Assembly: GCA_964234715.1 (NCBI GenBank)
Contig: OZ174277.1
Origin: Podarcis melisellensis
Taxonomy: Eukaryota
Reading direction: 5' to 3' (one strand)
Length of the DNA: 64,000 nt
In this document: positions 14,271 to 27,908 of the stretch, piece after piece
How the letters are laid out: every line of letters begins with the position of its first letter
Position numbering within the stretch: position 1 is the first letter of the stretch
Position numbers and translations under genes: made by a program
The notes under the pieces: model-generated
What the model was told of the DNA's origin: nothing
Seen by the model: only the letters and a program-made list of their open reading frames with translations
The model's database searches: none

Positions 14271-17200
14271 ACCCTGACATCCAATTGTGTGCATGTTTAA
14301 GTGTACACATTCAATGCCGAACAGGTTGAGCTAGTGCAGACCAACTGAGCAGGAAAGAGAAGGCTCTTGTGCTTTGTAGATTTCTGAAGTGATATTACCG
14401 AGACCATTTGTGAGTGCCACAGAGGGTATTGGCCAGCATGCTGGTACCTGTGTTTGTTGGAGAACCCTTCCTCGATACATCTAAGATCCGAGGTTCAATA
14501 TATGGCACCTCTCCTCAAAACTAGGGGCAGACAAACCTATTTCTGCTCCATGACACTTTTACATGTTTCTCCCATAATTCTGTTCTATTTCTGCACTGAT
14601 CTTTTTTTAAAAAAAAATGATCTCAAAATACACATTTAAATGCTTTCCACCTTCCAAACATGTAATTCGTACACTGTTACCTTAACCCACTGAGTATTAC
14701 ATCAAAATATTTGGAGATATGTGAATACTGGGGTAGTTAAGTTCTACTTCTCATATTGCAGGAATTTTGGATCAGAAAAAACCCATATAGAAATCCACAA
14801 TGATCATATTCACAACAATCATATTCCTCAAACTATCCCTAGAGATATAAATGTTCAGGATTCTCTGTAGCTGCTTGTCCACATAGAAACTACTGTACTG
14901 TTTTGACCATGTTGAGCATTGGCCTTTATAAGCAGTAAAACGAGTGCAAAGGGCTTGTTTTCTGTTGCAATCTTTAATTATGATAATGGACTAAGTCAGG
15001 ATAATAGTTGCCAGGCACAAATAATCATACTTATGAATAAAATAGTTTGTTCTAATGCTGCATTTTGATAGGACAATGTTTTGCTCCAGCCTGGTAACAT
15101 TTTTTAAATGTCATACTGGATTTGAACAAGTAATCCCGTTGTAATGTAAAATATAACTGAATTGGAATGAAGCAGAGTAATTCTGATTGGTGCAACAGAT
15201 TTTTCTTTTTTTTTCTTTTTTGCTGCTATGATGATACACCAGCTTTCAGCTCAAAGTTCAAACACTCCTCAAACAGGGGAGTATTTATTTTAACAGATCA
15301 GCTTGACCCAAGAGATGTTGCACATACAAAAATAAAATAAAATGATAAACTAATTTCCCCTTTACAACCCAGTTCCATGCCTCCTCCTTGCATCACATGG
15401 AGTCTCTTTTTGTCTGTTTCTGTACCTTTTACATACCATAGCAGAACTATGCGAGTTGTTACAGGGTTGCTTTTCTCTGTAAAAGATAACTAGATCTACA
15501 GTACTCAAATTTTTATTAACATTAGTAGCTGAAATTTATTGTTAGGGAGTTCCAGCGTGATCTGCTATTAACAACATACACACAGTTGCTCACAAGGGTT
15601 ATGTTTTTGCCATGAAAATCATTGACTCTTTTTGACAAGCATTGTTATTTTGCTGCTTGACTATGATTGCTGGGCAGGGAGAATAAACACATTAGCTGTT
15701 GTGCCTGTCACTCACTCAGCACAGGGGACTCCTCACATCCAGCAGCAAAGGTTGATATTTGTCGTCCAATCTAATTTGCCTGGCCTGCTGGCTCTGATCA
15801 GTTCAGGCGATGCTCTTAGCTCTTTCCCCAATTTGTCTCTGCAAGCTACCCAGCCAAAAAAAAGAGAGAGAGATTGTGCCCTGGAGGCTGCTTCTCATCT
15901 CTCCATCTGCACCTTCATAAAGCCCTGCGAAAAAAGCACTTGGCCTTTGAATCACAAAGCCAAGAACAGGACCACAAATGGGACTGTGCACACATAAAAT
16001 ATGTGAAATAGACTGAATCCCAACATGTATTCAATTTGGATGTGGGAATTTCTGGTTCATGTATTTCCATCAAGAGCACGGGTTCCCATCTTTTTTATAT
16101 TATAGGTGGGGGTGGCATTTTTTTAAAATATAAAAAAGATCACAAGTCTATGGGTAGGGAGTTGTCACTTAACATTTTGAACGGTCCCAAGAATTTTTAA
16201 GCTGGACATTAAAAATGTTCAGAAACTAGGCACTAAATCTGCCCCATAGCGAAGATGCCGCTATGTTAAAGCAAAGCAAACCCTTCAAAACCTGAATTTC
16301 TTTTCTTTTTCAAAATTGTAACTCCAAACATATCAGCATAGATCTCAAGGCAGGAAGTTTAGAATATTTTTAAAAATAACTCAGAAAAGAATGTTTCCTT
16401 TCCTTTTCCATTTCCCCCTTCCTACTAGCTCCTTGCCACATTGCTTAAAGCAACAGAAATCCTTTGGACAGGGTTGTCTTTTTATAGCCTTTTCCTTTTT
16501 TATTTCTTCCAATGCACTTTCCCACTTGTGGTCATTTGTGTTTTTCATTCTAAAGCTATTTAAGTTTTCAGTTAACTTTGGCTTCTTTGTTAATTAACAG
16601 CCCAATCCTTTACCCTTCTCATGATGGGTAAAAATTACACTGTGCATTGAACACTTTGCTTAGTACCCGGTGGATGACATATACTTGCCAGTTGGGTCTT
16701 CATCCTCCAAGTACTCCAACTGGCCTCAGAAGTTGGGGGGAAATCTGGGACAACCAAGCTGTTATTTATTTAGTTTCAAGACTAAGAAAGCTAATCTATG
16801 ACTAGGCAACACATTCTGTGATGCTTTCAAATTGCAAAGGCTCTCGTGTTTGTTGGGACAGTTGACACATTTCAGAAGTGTAGACTGCAGATAATCCCTA
16901 CCACTCTTATTTCCTTTCTCTTTTCAAAGACTAAAATATCTGGTGGTTCATGTGGGAGATTCAGAGGCTGGTTGATACAGAACATCTCTCCCACCAAGTA
17001 TTTCCTTTCTGAATAATCACCACAGTAAATCCAGTGTTTCAGTATGCAACATCTTTGCTACTAGTGCCGTAAGTGTGCATGTAGCAAACCTGAAACATTC
17101 CATACCTTACAATTACATAGCAAGGGCTGTGTGTTATATGTGGGGAGGAAGTTGTGTTCAAACTGTTTCATCAGCTCTCAAGAGGACCAAACAGCAAGAG

Positions 17201-19329
17201 AAAAGCTACTCTTAACATGCTCTTAAGACACAGTCACCAGAAGTGTTGCTAGGGATGGGTCCTTAGGCACAGGCTCCCCCTTTTTCCCTGAGTGCCTCAA
17301 GAGCTTCTAGGTGAATAATGAATTCAAGGAAATAAATTAAGAGGACTATCTAGTAAGATTGGTGGTACTTGAAGAGATCTGGAACAGGATCTGTTGGGAA
17401 ATTGAGGTCAAGTGAATGATTGAGGGTGATCTAGAGTGGGGAGCAAATTAAGACTTTATTGGGGGCAATTTGTGGATTGGAAATTAATTTGTTTCTGTGA
17501 TATTTGTATTCTAAATTGGCATATGTAAATATCAGCTTATACTTGAAACTCGGAAGTACTTAGCAATCCCCCTATTTATCATGCTCTTGGTATCTTAGCA
17601 CAAACCACAAAGGAGAAAAGGGATTTACTGGCAACCAGGATCCCAGGTTCATAAAAGCACTGCATGGATCTTTGCTTTCATGAAGAATGAGTTTATGATC
17701 TGTAGTCCATACGACAGTGCATTTTAACCAGAAGACCAAGCGTTCAGCCTTTTGCCACAGAAAGGAGTTCAAGTTTCTCAGCAGCACAACTTTAGCATTG
17801 TTTTGCACAATTCATTTGTGATATCGCCTGCGATTTCATGCAAAGAATAAAAGCTTTATTTACATTTGCAACTTTTTCTGGATTATTATCCTTGTGAGCA
17901 TTTTTATTCAGATGAATGCAGGTGTTAACAGGACATGAGAAAATCTTAACATGCAAAAGGATAACGTAGCATATTCTGGAAGGTGCTTAAGCCCTTTATG
18001 AGAAGGCTTGTTCCTACACAGGAGGGCTCGAGCTCAGAGCAGAGGACATATCAAAGTAATAGTAAAAAAAGGCAAATAGAGCAAATGAGTCATGGCTGGA
18101 GCCATTAGGACAGCAGCCAGCTACATAAACATTCCAAGGTGGAACCTAAGAAACATTGCTTGTTGTGCCTGTTTCATCCCACCTTTATTTCTTTAGTAAT
18201 GGCTATTTCAATTAATTCATGTCAGCAACTGACTAAAACAGTAGCTCAATCGATCGTGGCCTAGAAGCCTTGAATATGGTGGTGGTGGTTGTTTTAATTG
18301 TAACTTACTTTTACAATGTGCAGGACAAGCAGATCAAAGGCAGTAGAGCTGAACCAACAGGGGCTACATGATGTTGCCTAGATGAGGTTATGAGAACAAA
18401 AACAAGCAAGGAAAAGGTGTGTGCCTTAGGCTACAAACAATGACCAGCCAAAGAAGAGGTGAATATGATCTCCTGTGCTGTACTGACTGAGTAGTCTTGG
18501 AAAATGGTTTTCCCTCTGACACGTTGTCCATAGGTTACACACCTGGGCAGGCCATATTGGGTTTAAAGAGCCCAGCAAAACCGTTACCTCTCTTTTTGCT
18601 GTTTAGATGTAGTTCACTGCAAACTGGACTGCCAGTAATTCAAGCTACTGATCAAACAGAACTGATGCCAGGAATGTTAACTGTATGTTGTCCTCTTGCT
18701 GTTGCTGTAAGCAAGTGACAAGGGGAAAGTGATGCTCTGATCCAAGGCAACTGCTGACTGGATATATTGTTCCCCAGTGCAGGATATACAGTATGCAATC
18801 ACAATGTACCTCTTATTAGCATAGCAGCACCATTCAGCTAGAGTTCTGACGAAGCCACAGGCCATCTTGGCTGTGAGTCCTCCTGGAAGGCATGCTCCTT
18901 GCCTGGGAGGGATAAAAAGCTGAGGCTACTGTGGAGACTATCTTGGCTGTTTCTTAGTGCAGACCCAGGTCATGAAGTCTGAGCTTCCATGACCGCCACT
19001 CACCATGATCTACCATTGGCAAGATTGACAGCAACAGCACCAGAGGTGTTCTATGCTTGTGACAATATTTTATTCTCATTAATTATAGTGTTTCAAATGT
19101 GCCTTTTATATTTCACTTCCTTTAGTAATGTTTTCTTCTGACATGTTTAATAAAAATGTACTTCATTGTGTTAAATGTACATTCTGTAGTTGACCTCCTT
19201 TGTAACATTTTATTTTGAAATCTTCTAATATTTTGGTTTCCTGTTCATTATGCTTTGGATGTATGCTGGCTTTTTTTTTTTACTTTCTTCAGTAATGTTT
19301 TACTATGGTTTGCTTTATTTGATGTTTTG

Positions 19330-19465
19330 CAGGCATAGGCAAACTCAGCCCTCCAGATGTTTTGGGACTACAACTCCCATCATTCCTAGCCAACAGAACC
19401 AGTGGTCAGGGATGATGGGAGTTATAGTCCCAAAACATGTGGAGTGCCAAGTTTGCCTATGCCTG
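19330..19465. mobile_element. Palindromic hAT-like MITE (136 bp)
   Basis: Perfect 16-bp TIR CAGGCATAGGCAAACT / AGTTTGCCTATGCCTG. Internal arms tgttttgggactacaactcccatcat / atgatgggagttatagtcccaaaaca. Confidence 0.85.
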
Positions 19466-20332
19466 TTTTAATGTGTTGTAAACCACTTCCAGATTTTTTT
19501 CTTTAAAATATAAAGTGATACAGAAATGAAATGAATAATAATAAAGCCAAAGAAATTTTTGAGAACACTGAAATGATGTGATTGAGGTAAGCTGGTTCCC
19601 TTAGTGGTCTGTATGATACCTCAAGCAGGAAACCGGTGAATATTGGGAAGGGATGCAACTTGGGAGAAGGGAAGCAAAGAAATAGGAGGTCATTGTGGAG
19701 GGTTGACTTGCTTAATGCTACAACCATCCTGTGCCTCAGCAACCTATAAGAGGCAGAGTGCCAATAACACAGTTGAGTGCCCACCTCTTCTTGAGGCTGA
19801 AAATATTGACCAGGTTTCCAGAATATCCCCACCAACAGTTGCAACACAAAGGCATCTAGAGAATCTACCATTTCAAAAACAAAAGTTGCCATTTCCTTAA
19901 ACCTTCAGAGACAGAGTAGAATAAGGGCAGGGACCTTCATTAAAGCAAAAGGTTAAGTACTCCTGGAATAACATGCCATAAAGCAAGGGAAATGTGCAGT
20001 TTTGCTCTTCCTAGGATGTAGCACCTAGCCACAGAAGTTTAATTACCTGTAAGACAAGTACAACATTTATTTATCTTGTTCAATAACTACATGAAACACA
20101 AGGATTCTACTTTTTGTTGGACTTTACTCATCCTTGTCTGGTTGTTTAAGGAGTATTTCTAAATTAACTCATCGATTACACACACACACAATTCTGATCT
20201 CCTTTGACTGATACAGGCTATCTCACATGTATTTTACAATGAGAATGAATTAGGGAACTAGATGCAGAACTCTGGAATCTCTTAAGGTGTTAGAAACATT
20301 AATGACAGTTAAAGAGTGCAAAATGTACATTC

Positions 20333-20338
20333 TTTATT
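20333..20338 (-). terminator. AATAAA, candidate distal poly(A) signal of the extended QKI-5 3'UTR (another at 20452-20457)
   Basis: UGUA motifs upstream and U/GU-rich sequence downstream. Lies near the edge of the repeat-poor block. Confidence 0.5.
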
Positions 20339-21936
20339 CTGCCATACATTGATACAGAATAAAATTTGACTTTTCAAAATATAAAAGTATTGACAGCCCT
20401 GCAAGCTGTCAATTGGCTTTTGAGGATAAAGCACATATAATTTTTCCAGTTTTTATTGCACATCATTTACAGGCGTGTTTCTTATTATTATTTACAAGTG
20501 TTTGGGCAACACCCATTTTTTCCTAATACACTGTGTTGCACAAACAAAAACTTAAATGATTCAAGCATTCTCACAACAGAACTCAATAGGTTATTTATAT
20601 ATATTTTAAAAATTCTTCTTATTCATTAGTCCTTCAGAAGCAAACCTTTGTCCTGGGAGTAATTTCTCCTGATGCAATTAGTAGTCAACCACTAGCACAA
20701 CTTGTATCCAGAAGTGAATACTGCAAGTAAGCCACCTGCTGCTTCTCAAATACCCACTTCTAAGGCAGGATTTTTACACCTGCAGTTAGTGATCTGGCAG
20801 CATAAAAAGAATCAGGAGCACTGTTCTTTAGTTAACCAGTTTGATTCAACATTGATTAGCAGAAAGTATTTCACTGGCGATTGTGTTCACTTCATATATT
20901 AATGCTACATTAAAAATAAAGATAGGAATTCCAAGCACAATTCACAATTTGCATCCTGGGAATGTTTTCAGACTGTGGACCTATCTTTATTCTATGAAAT
21001 ATGCTACTTCAGAAACTTGTGTTAACATACACTTATTGTACACAGTTGTGCCTATTATGTGATTATTGTATGGCTGTCCACTTCCACTGGCATTTCCTAA
21101 TGAAATTACTTCAGTGGTCCCTACCTATACTAAAAGTTGTCAATTGGTAATGGTGGTCTACAGTAATGGTTATTTTAAGAAAAGAGCGGGCATCTTTTAA
21201 GTGTTCACTTAAAGATCTGGTATTGGAGAACTACTATTTAATCCAACTAGGTTAGGTGCACAAAGATAAATTCTACTTGAATGGACAAAATTATGGCCTA
21301 AGGACTATTTTTAACTTCTACAGGATATCATAGCACAATCCTAAACATGTTTACTCATATGCCAGCTTCATCATGGTTAATAGGACTTGTAAGCAGGCTA
21401 TGAATTTGGTTTCCTGACCAGTTTATTCCTTCCAGTTACATATTGTCTTGTATTTAGATGAGCTTGTTTATTTCAGGAAAAATAGCCACAAACTCTCCCC
21501 ACTTCAGAGGAAAAATCACAGGGACCTGCTGGTAAAGGGCGAATAATAAAATTAATGATAGCTATACTAAAGAGTGTAACAGCAACAAGCAGACTTAAGT
21601 AACTCATCCTTATTTCAGTGAGCCTTTTCCGATGAGACTTAACAATGGGTACCCCCATCCCCCATGGTAGTAGATTTTTTTTACTAAGTAACCAGCAGTG
21701 TTTAAAATGTGACTTAAGTATTTAGAAATAATGTCTAACTCCAATTTCAAATTAAATACATAAGGTGCCATCTCAAGGAACTATATGGCAAGGATCCTGA
21801 TTTATGAGGTGCTGTGCTTGTGCATGGGTGCTTCCCAACTCCATTGAATAGCAGCTTTTTCAAAAGCCCATCCACACTCAGGAGGGCTCAACAGGCATGA
21901 GCATCTGTCATAGGAATGACATGCCTTTTGCCTTTA

Positions 21937-22299
21937 AAGGTAAAGGTAAAGGTACCCCTGCCCGTACGGGCCAGTCTTGCCAGACTCTGGGGTTGTGCGC
22001 CCATCTCACTCAAGAGGCCAGGGGCCAGCGCTGTCCGAAGACACTTCCGGGTCACGTGGCCAGCATGACATTGCTGCTCTGGCGAGCCAGAGCTGCTCAC
22101 GGAAATGCCGTTTACCTTCCCGCTAGAAAACGGTCCCTATTTATCTACTTGCACCTGGGGGTGCTTTCGAACTGCTAGGTTGGCAGGCGCTGGGACCGAG
22201 CAACGGGAGCGCACCCCGCCGCGGGGATTCGAACCGCCGACCTTTCAATCGGCAAGCCCTAGGCGCTGAGGCTTTTACCCACAGCGCCACCCGCATCCC
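21937..22299 (-). mobile_element. Full-length Sauria SINE
   Basis: Near-identical to 7402-7766. 13-bp TSD CCTTTTGCCTTTA (21924-21936, 22301-22313). Confidence 0.95.
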
Positions 22300-24336
22300 T
22301 CCTTTTGCCTTTACATACAAATTAAATCCCTTCTTCCAGCTCACAGGAAGGTTTGGTTTCTCACCATAAAACAAGCCATGGTTATTATTACTATTCTTAT
22401 TTTAAAAATGTGTCTCACTGTTCTATATTATATAATTAATCAACGTTGGCTGTGGCTTCAAACAAGTGGGTATGCAACCAGTGCTGCAAGGGAAGACATC
22501 CACTTGCACAGCAGGACTTCTCACCTTCCCCAAACCCTCTGGAGCAATTTTTAGGGTGTGTAGAAGGTTGCATGGGGTAGAAAATGAAGGTGACATCCAA
22601 CCACACAAGCAAAGTAGTGTAGTGTTCATGTAGTGTTGAATACAACTCATGGGGCAAGGCTGACATTTGTTGACCACTGAAGCATATTGATGACATATTG
22701 TATATTGGTGTAATACTGAAGTGGGTTATCAACCTTTATTACAAAACACCCTTGTATTGTTTTATACATAAGAGCAAACTTTCATATTATCACAAATATT
22801 GAGTATTATCTAGTTAAAACTCTGGATTTCAGTATTTTCTACTTTATTATATTATTCATAAAGAATCCTTGATTATGTTTAAAATGTATCAATCTGTCCT
22901 AACATAGCCTCTATCTAATAGATGGGATTTTGTTTTTATTATGTGGTGGAACTGAAGTATAATGCTTCAGTTATATATATTTTCATGGGTATATTTAAAA
23001 CTGATTACTTTAATCAGGTGTCATTGTCTATACAAAATCATTTTTGTTTACAAATGAGTAAATTTTAAACAAATGTAATTAACATAGCAGCTATGAATAG
23101 GCCACAGAAAGCATGGGTTGTACTGAACAAAGTCACCCCATTTTCACACAAGGACACTGTTTGTGCAATGGAACTCCCCCTTTCCTCTCTTCATGCACCC
23201 CCACAGCATGCTTTGGAGAGACAGGGAAACCTCCCAGAAGAGGTGCACATGGGACAAGACAGAGAAATTCGGTTGCACAAGCTGTAGTCCTTGTGTACAT
23301 AGGATGAATTTGGGGATATAGCCCCAAGTTCTTAACAATTGTTTCCTTGTCGAATGAAGTTGATTGAAAGTAACTTACTACAGCTTGCTTCCCTGAATTG
23401 ATTGCTAAAGTTATCCCTTGGTAACAGTCAACTTTAGACCTCCTTTTTGAAAATGGCTACTACTAAAGAGTTTATTTACTTTTTGCAGTTATTACAAAAT
23501 GACCTATTCGACTTTGTACAGCTTTGTACTGCCCTGAGCTAAGTGGTGTTCAAACACTACAGTAGATTTAAAAACCCGCAATCCTAAAAGTAGTTAAGCT
23601 ACAGTGTTCAAGCTGTTTACTGTGAAGCAACCTGCTTGAAGTCAGTACAATTACCTGAGAATTATGTAGTTTGAGGATTGCAACTTAAACCCCTTCAGGG
23701 TCACAGTGAAAGTAATTTAGATTCATGTACAAGGGAGAGAGGCAGATTCTGCTAGAGTAAGGGGTGAAAAGTTTCTTGCTTCAAATACATTCAGAAGCAT
23801 GAACAACACAGGAGAGTTACATATTGAGATGTCTGCTGAATTGTCCTTTTAATCAGTGCTTCAAATCACACTGAATTTGTGTAGCTTCAAAATGGCTCAA
23901 CAAAGAATCAAACTGGTTCCTCTGGGCACATAACATAATTTACCAATAGATTGGTATCTTTGCCCTTTTGCTGTGAGCTGACAGTGATTATTTCAGAGAA
24001 GGAAAGTGTGGAATTAGTAATGCAGATGCTGAAAGGCAAGTGGCAAGACTCTACAAGAATGCCTCCAATAATGCTACTTGTTCCCAACTCTATTGGCACC
24101 TACCCCCAAGGTAAGAGGCCAGAATGACCAAAGCCAATTTAATAGTAGTGTGCAGAATGTCAGCCAAACAAACAACATAAAACAAGTCACGTTGTGTTAT
24201 CGGTGGTCACGTTCTTCAGGGTTAGTCCAATAACTCAAGACTTTACATTCTTCCGTCTTTCCTTGTTTATTTTAATTAAACATGTAATGGTTAATAAACT
24301 GACATAGTCCAGAGTTAGTAGGTTGGTATTATAACA

Positions 24337-24342
24337 TTTATT
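24337..24342 (-). terminator. AATAAA, candidate proximal QKI-5 poly(A) signal (a second hexamer at 24266-24271)
   Basis: About 3 kb after inferred exon 8, consistent with a ~5 kb mRNA. Confidence 0.55.
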
Positions 24343-27118
24343 AAAATAATGCTATGGGTTAATAGAAACAGCAAAGAACCAAAGAATTAAAATGCAAGCT
24401 ATGTAAAAACCCAACTAAAACCCAGATATGTCTAATGTATTCAATCCAGTAGCTAACTAAAAGCCCAAAGACAACACTCCCAATATAATAATAAAGTACT
24501 GCAAAACAATTGGCAATTTTCAGTTATCAAAATTGTGGGTTTTGCATTTTTGTATCCTTTTCTCAATCAGNNNNNNNNNNNNNNNNNNNNNNNNNNNNNN
24601 NNNNNNNNNNNNNNNNNNNNNNNNNNNNNNNNNNNNNNNNNNNNNNNNNNNNNNNNNNNNNNNNNNNNNNNNNNNNNNNNNNNNNNNNNNNNNNNNNNNN
24701 NNNNNNNNNNNNNNNNNNNNNNNNNNAAGGAATAGACAAATACATGTCATCTGTATGGTAACATACAAGCGATGTATGTATACCCACTCTAAAAAAAATT
24801 ACATAATACTGTCAGAAAAAAGTCTTAAACTACATATTTTAATAAAGAAAAATTCAATAAAGAATGATAATACTGAGAACCAAGGCATTCAGAGATTTCA
24901 AATGTCATGCTTTAAGTTGATCCAAAATGTTGTCAACTAAGTCTTCAAACTTTTTCAGAACAAACATTACTTTTATAAGTCACACTTCTCCCAAGAAGAG
25001 ACCTTTGATCAGCATCTAAAAATGTCCAGGTTTATCATAGTTGAGATGAAACTGGATCAAATACTGGTTATGTTTTAGCAATTCTCTCTCCAAAATTTTT
25101 GAGTGTTGCAAGTTTATTCAACCAAACAAAAATCAAAATGGCACAGCATATACTGAAAGTCAAACCACAAAACCTATGTGTAACAGGAAGACAAAGCCAG
25201 TGGCAAGATAAAATAAAAGCTAGCTGAATACAAAAGGATGTATGTTTATTGCATAGTAAATAAATTGATACTTGTTTCCAGGTGAGACACAATGGTTAGA
25301 CCAAGTCACCATGGAGGTGCTTAAAAAGTAAGCCCTCTTACCTAACTTACTATTGACCTTTGATTTGGAAGCTGTGAAGATTTTTAGGATAATAAGTTGA
25401 CACAATGGAGGGGGGTTATCACCTGATCTTTGCCAAATCTGCTCAAAGCAATTAACGTATCACTACTTGCTCATATATTTTTTTACTTCACCTTTGTGCG
25501 TAAAGTGTTTTATCACCACTAGCCCAGCTATGCAAATGTTTACTGACTCAAACTGAAGCATAGCTGAACTTCCAGATAGTTAACTGATACTTCTTTTCTT
25601 TTTCAGTAAAGCGCAACCGGCAGTTAACATTCATCAAGTAGGAGTTTGATGAGGAGTACACACTATTTGGCATTGTAGATGAAGCACACAAAAACCTAAA
25701 ACATGCTCAAAGACAGACTGTCTGAATGCTCAGTTTAGTCATGGACAAAATCATCCTGTAGGCAAGTTCACGTTCTGCTGTGTTTTCCCTTATCTATTTC
25801 AAATAGGGACAATGCAACCTATTCCGGGGGCGGGGGGGGGGGGGATAACACTTGCTACTGTATAAATAGTGTAATCTAATACTTTGATTTAGAATGAGAC
25901 TGCATCTTAGAACCCTTTGGTTTAAGGCTGAGCAAGTACTATAAAAATATATTGTCTACAATTGAAGAGGGAACATGTTACAAAAATATTGCGGTTGGCT
26001 GTTGGTGGAACAATTCCATTTCACAGTTTCAGATCTGACAAAGTTGCATTATGCTATGGCAAAAACCAGGTAATTTAAATGGTCAACTCATTTGTCTTTC
26101 CTCACAGCTTCTTTTCACATACTGGGCGACAGAGTGGCATGCATTAACTTGCTGTCTGAGGGAGGAGCGGATTATACGAGACATCTGACTAAATGACCAT
26201 GAAGAAAATAAGGCACNNNNNNNNNNNNNNNNNNNNNNNNNNNNNNNNNNNNNNNNNNNNNNNNNNNNNNNNNNNNNNNNNNNNNNNNNNNNNNNNNNNN
26301 NNNNNNNNNNNNNNNNNNNNNNNNNNNNNNNNNNNNNNNNNNNNNNNNNNNNNNNNNNNNNNNNNNNNNNNNNNNNNNNNNNNNNNNNNNNNNNNNNNNN
26401 NNNNNNNNNNNNNNNNNNNNNNNNNNNNNNNNNNNNNNNNNNNNNNNNNNNNNNNNNNNNNNNNNNNNNNNNNNNNNNNNNNNNNNNNNNNNNNNNNNNN
26501 NNNNNNNNNNNNNNNNNNNNNNNNNNNNNNNNNNNNNNNNNNNNNNNNAGGGAGGTTTAAAAAAATATTTGAACAGTTTGCCCAGTAATGTGACACATAA
26601 TGCATGTACCTTGTACTCATGTAATCTTTTAAGGAAGTTGATGTATAGTAAAAGAAAGTATCTCAGGATTAGCTTCAATAGTGTTGCTGTTTAGTTTATG
26701 CATTGATGTAGTTCAAAAATTCAGTAACCTATCTTTCATGGCACTTTTTTCTTCTTAAAAACACCCAATTTGGCAGGTAATATAAAAAAGGCTGCATCTT
26801 CTGCCCTTTGAGGGCATTGGTAGTGACTACACTGCATGTCAAATTTTGAATACTTTTAGGAATCCCTTCACCAATGACATCCCTGACCAAAGGTTCATGC
26901 ATGATGCATCATCACACAGTACATTCAAAGAGAACTTTGACTTCTTTATGAGAAGAAAAAGATTCCTAGAAGTCTCACAGTAACTGCCTCTGTCATCAGG
27001 GAGTTAAGGGACATCTGCCTCCATCTCTCAAGTGAGGCCGTTCTTACCATTCATTTAGGGTGGGACACTAAAAGATGATCAGTGCGGAGGGATGAATTGG
27101 ACCTTATTGCTTTACTAC

Positions 27119-27397
27119 NNNNNNNNNNNNNNNNNNNNNNNNNNNNNNNNNNNNNNNNNNNNNNNNNNNNNNNNNNNNNNNNNNNNNNNNNNNNNNNNNN
27201 NNNNNNNNNNNNNNNNNNNNNNNNNNNNNNNNNNNNNNNNNNNNNNNNNNNNNNNNNNNNNNNNNNNNNNNNNNNNNNNNNNNNNNNNNNNNNNNNNNNN
27301 NNNNNNNNNNNNNNNNNNNNNNNNNNNNNNNNNNNNNNNNNNNNNNNNNNNNNNNNNNNNNNNNNNNNNNNNNNNNNNNNNNNNNNNNNNNNNNNNN
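27119..27397 (-). other. QKI: N-run (279 nt), inferred to hide the QKI-5 exon 8 acceptor, stop codon and proximal 3'UTR
   Basis: The upstream flank on the minus strand is ACTAAT plus ctcttctctatctttcttt running into the gap. The downstream flank (GTAGTAAAGCAATAAGG...CACTGATCATCTTT) resembles the recalled QKI-5 3'UTR. Confidence 0.8.
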
Positions 27398-27902
27398 AAA
27401 GAAAGATAGAGAAGAGATTAGTTTCAGCTAGTGACGGCTTAATGACAACATGAAAACTAATCACAACTAATAAAAACAAGCATGTTTAATTCTGACATAC
27501 TGCTTGACACCATCTACAGAATGCAATAAAAATCATGACAGCCTTCTATCATGATTTGAACATATGAAGGAGAAGCCCACTCCCACAAAACTGGTTAACG
27601 AGGAAAAATAGAAATAAAATATATCTAATGGTTAGTAGCAGTCGATGAAAGGGGAAAAAAAACAATGAACAGTTTCTGGAACTTGGTAAAAGAATTTAGA
27701 ACAGTCAGTGCACCATATCAGTATCTGACTGCTATTAAGCATTAGTATTCTCCCATGTGCAAGCATCAAAGCAAGTAGTAATGATGAATGTGATTATTAA
27801 AAACTGATTGTTAAAAGAAATGAATCTAAGGAATTTGATTTGTCATGAACAATTTGGTTTCACATAAACTATGGGCCAAACAAGTTTTTTTGTTCAATAT
27901 AT

Positions 27903-27908
27903 TTTATT
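27903..27908 (-). terminator. AATAAA, candidate poly(A) signal for QKI-6/QKI-7 mRNAs
   Basis: AATAAA followed by a GU/U-rich tract (cttgtttggc, tttatgtg), ~0.5 kb before the exon 8 acceptor. Gives UTRs of ~4.8 and ~6.3 kb. Confidence 0.6.
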
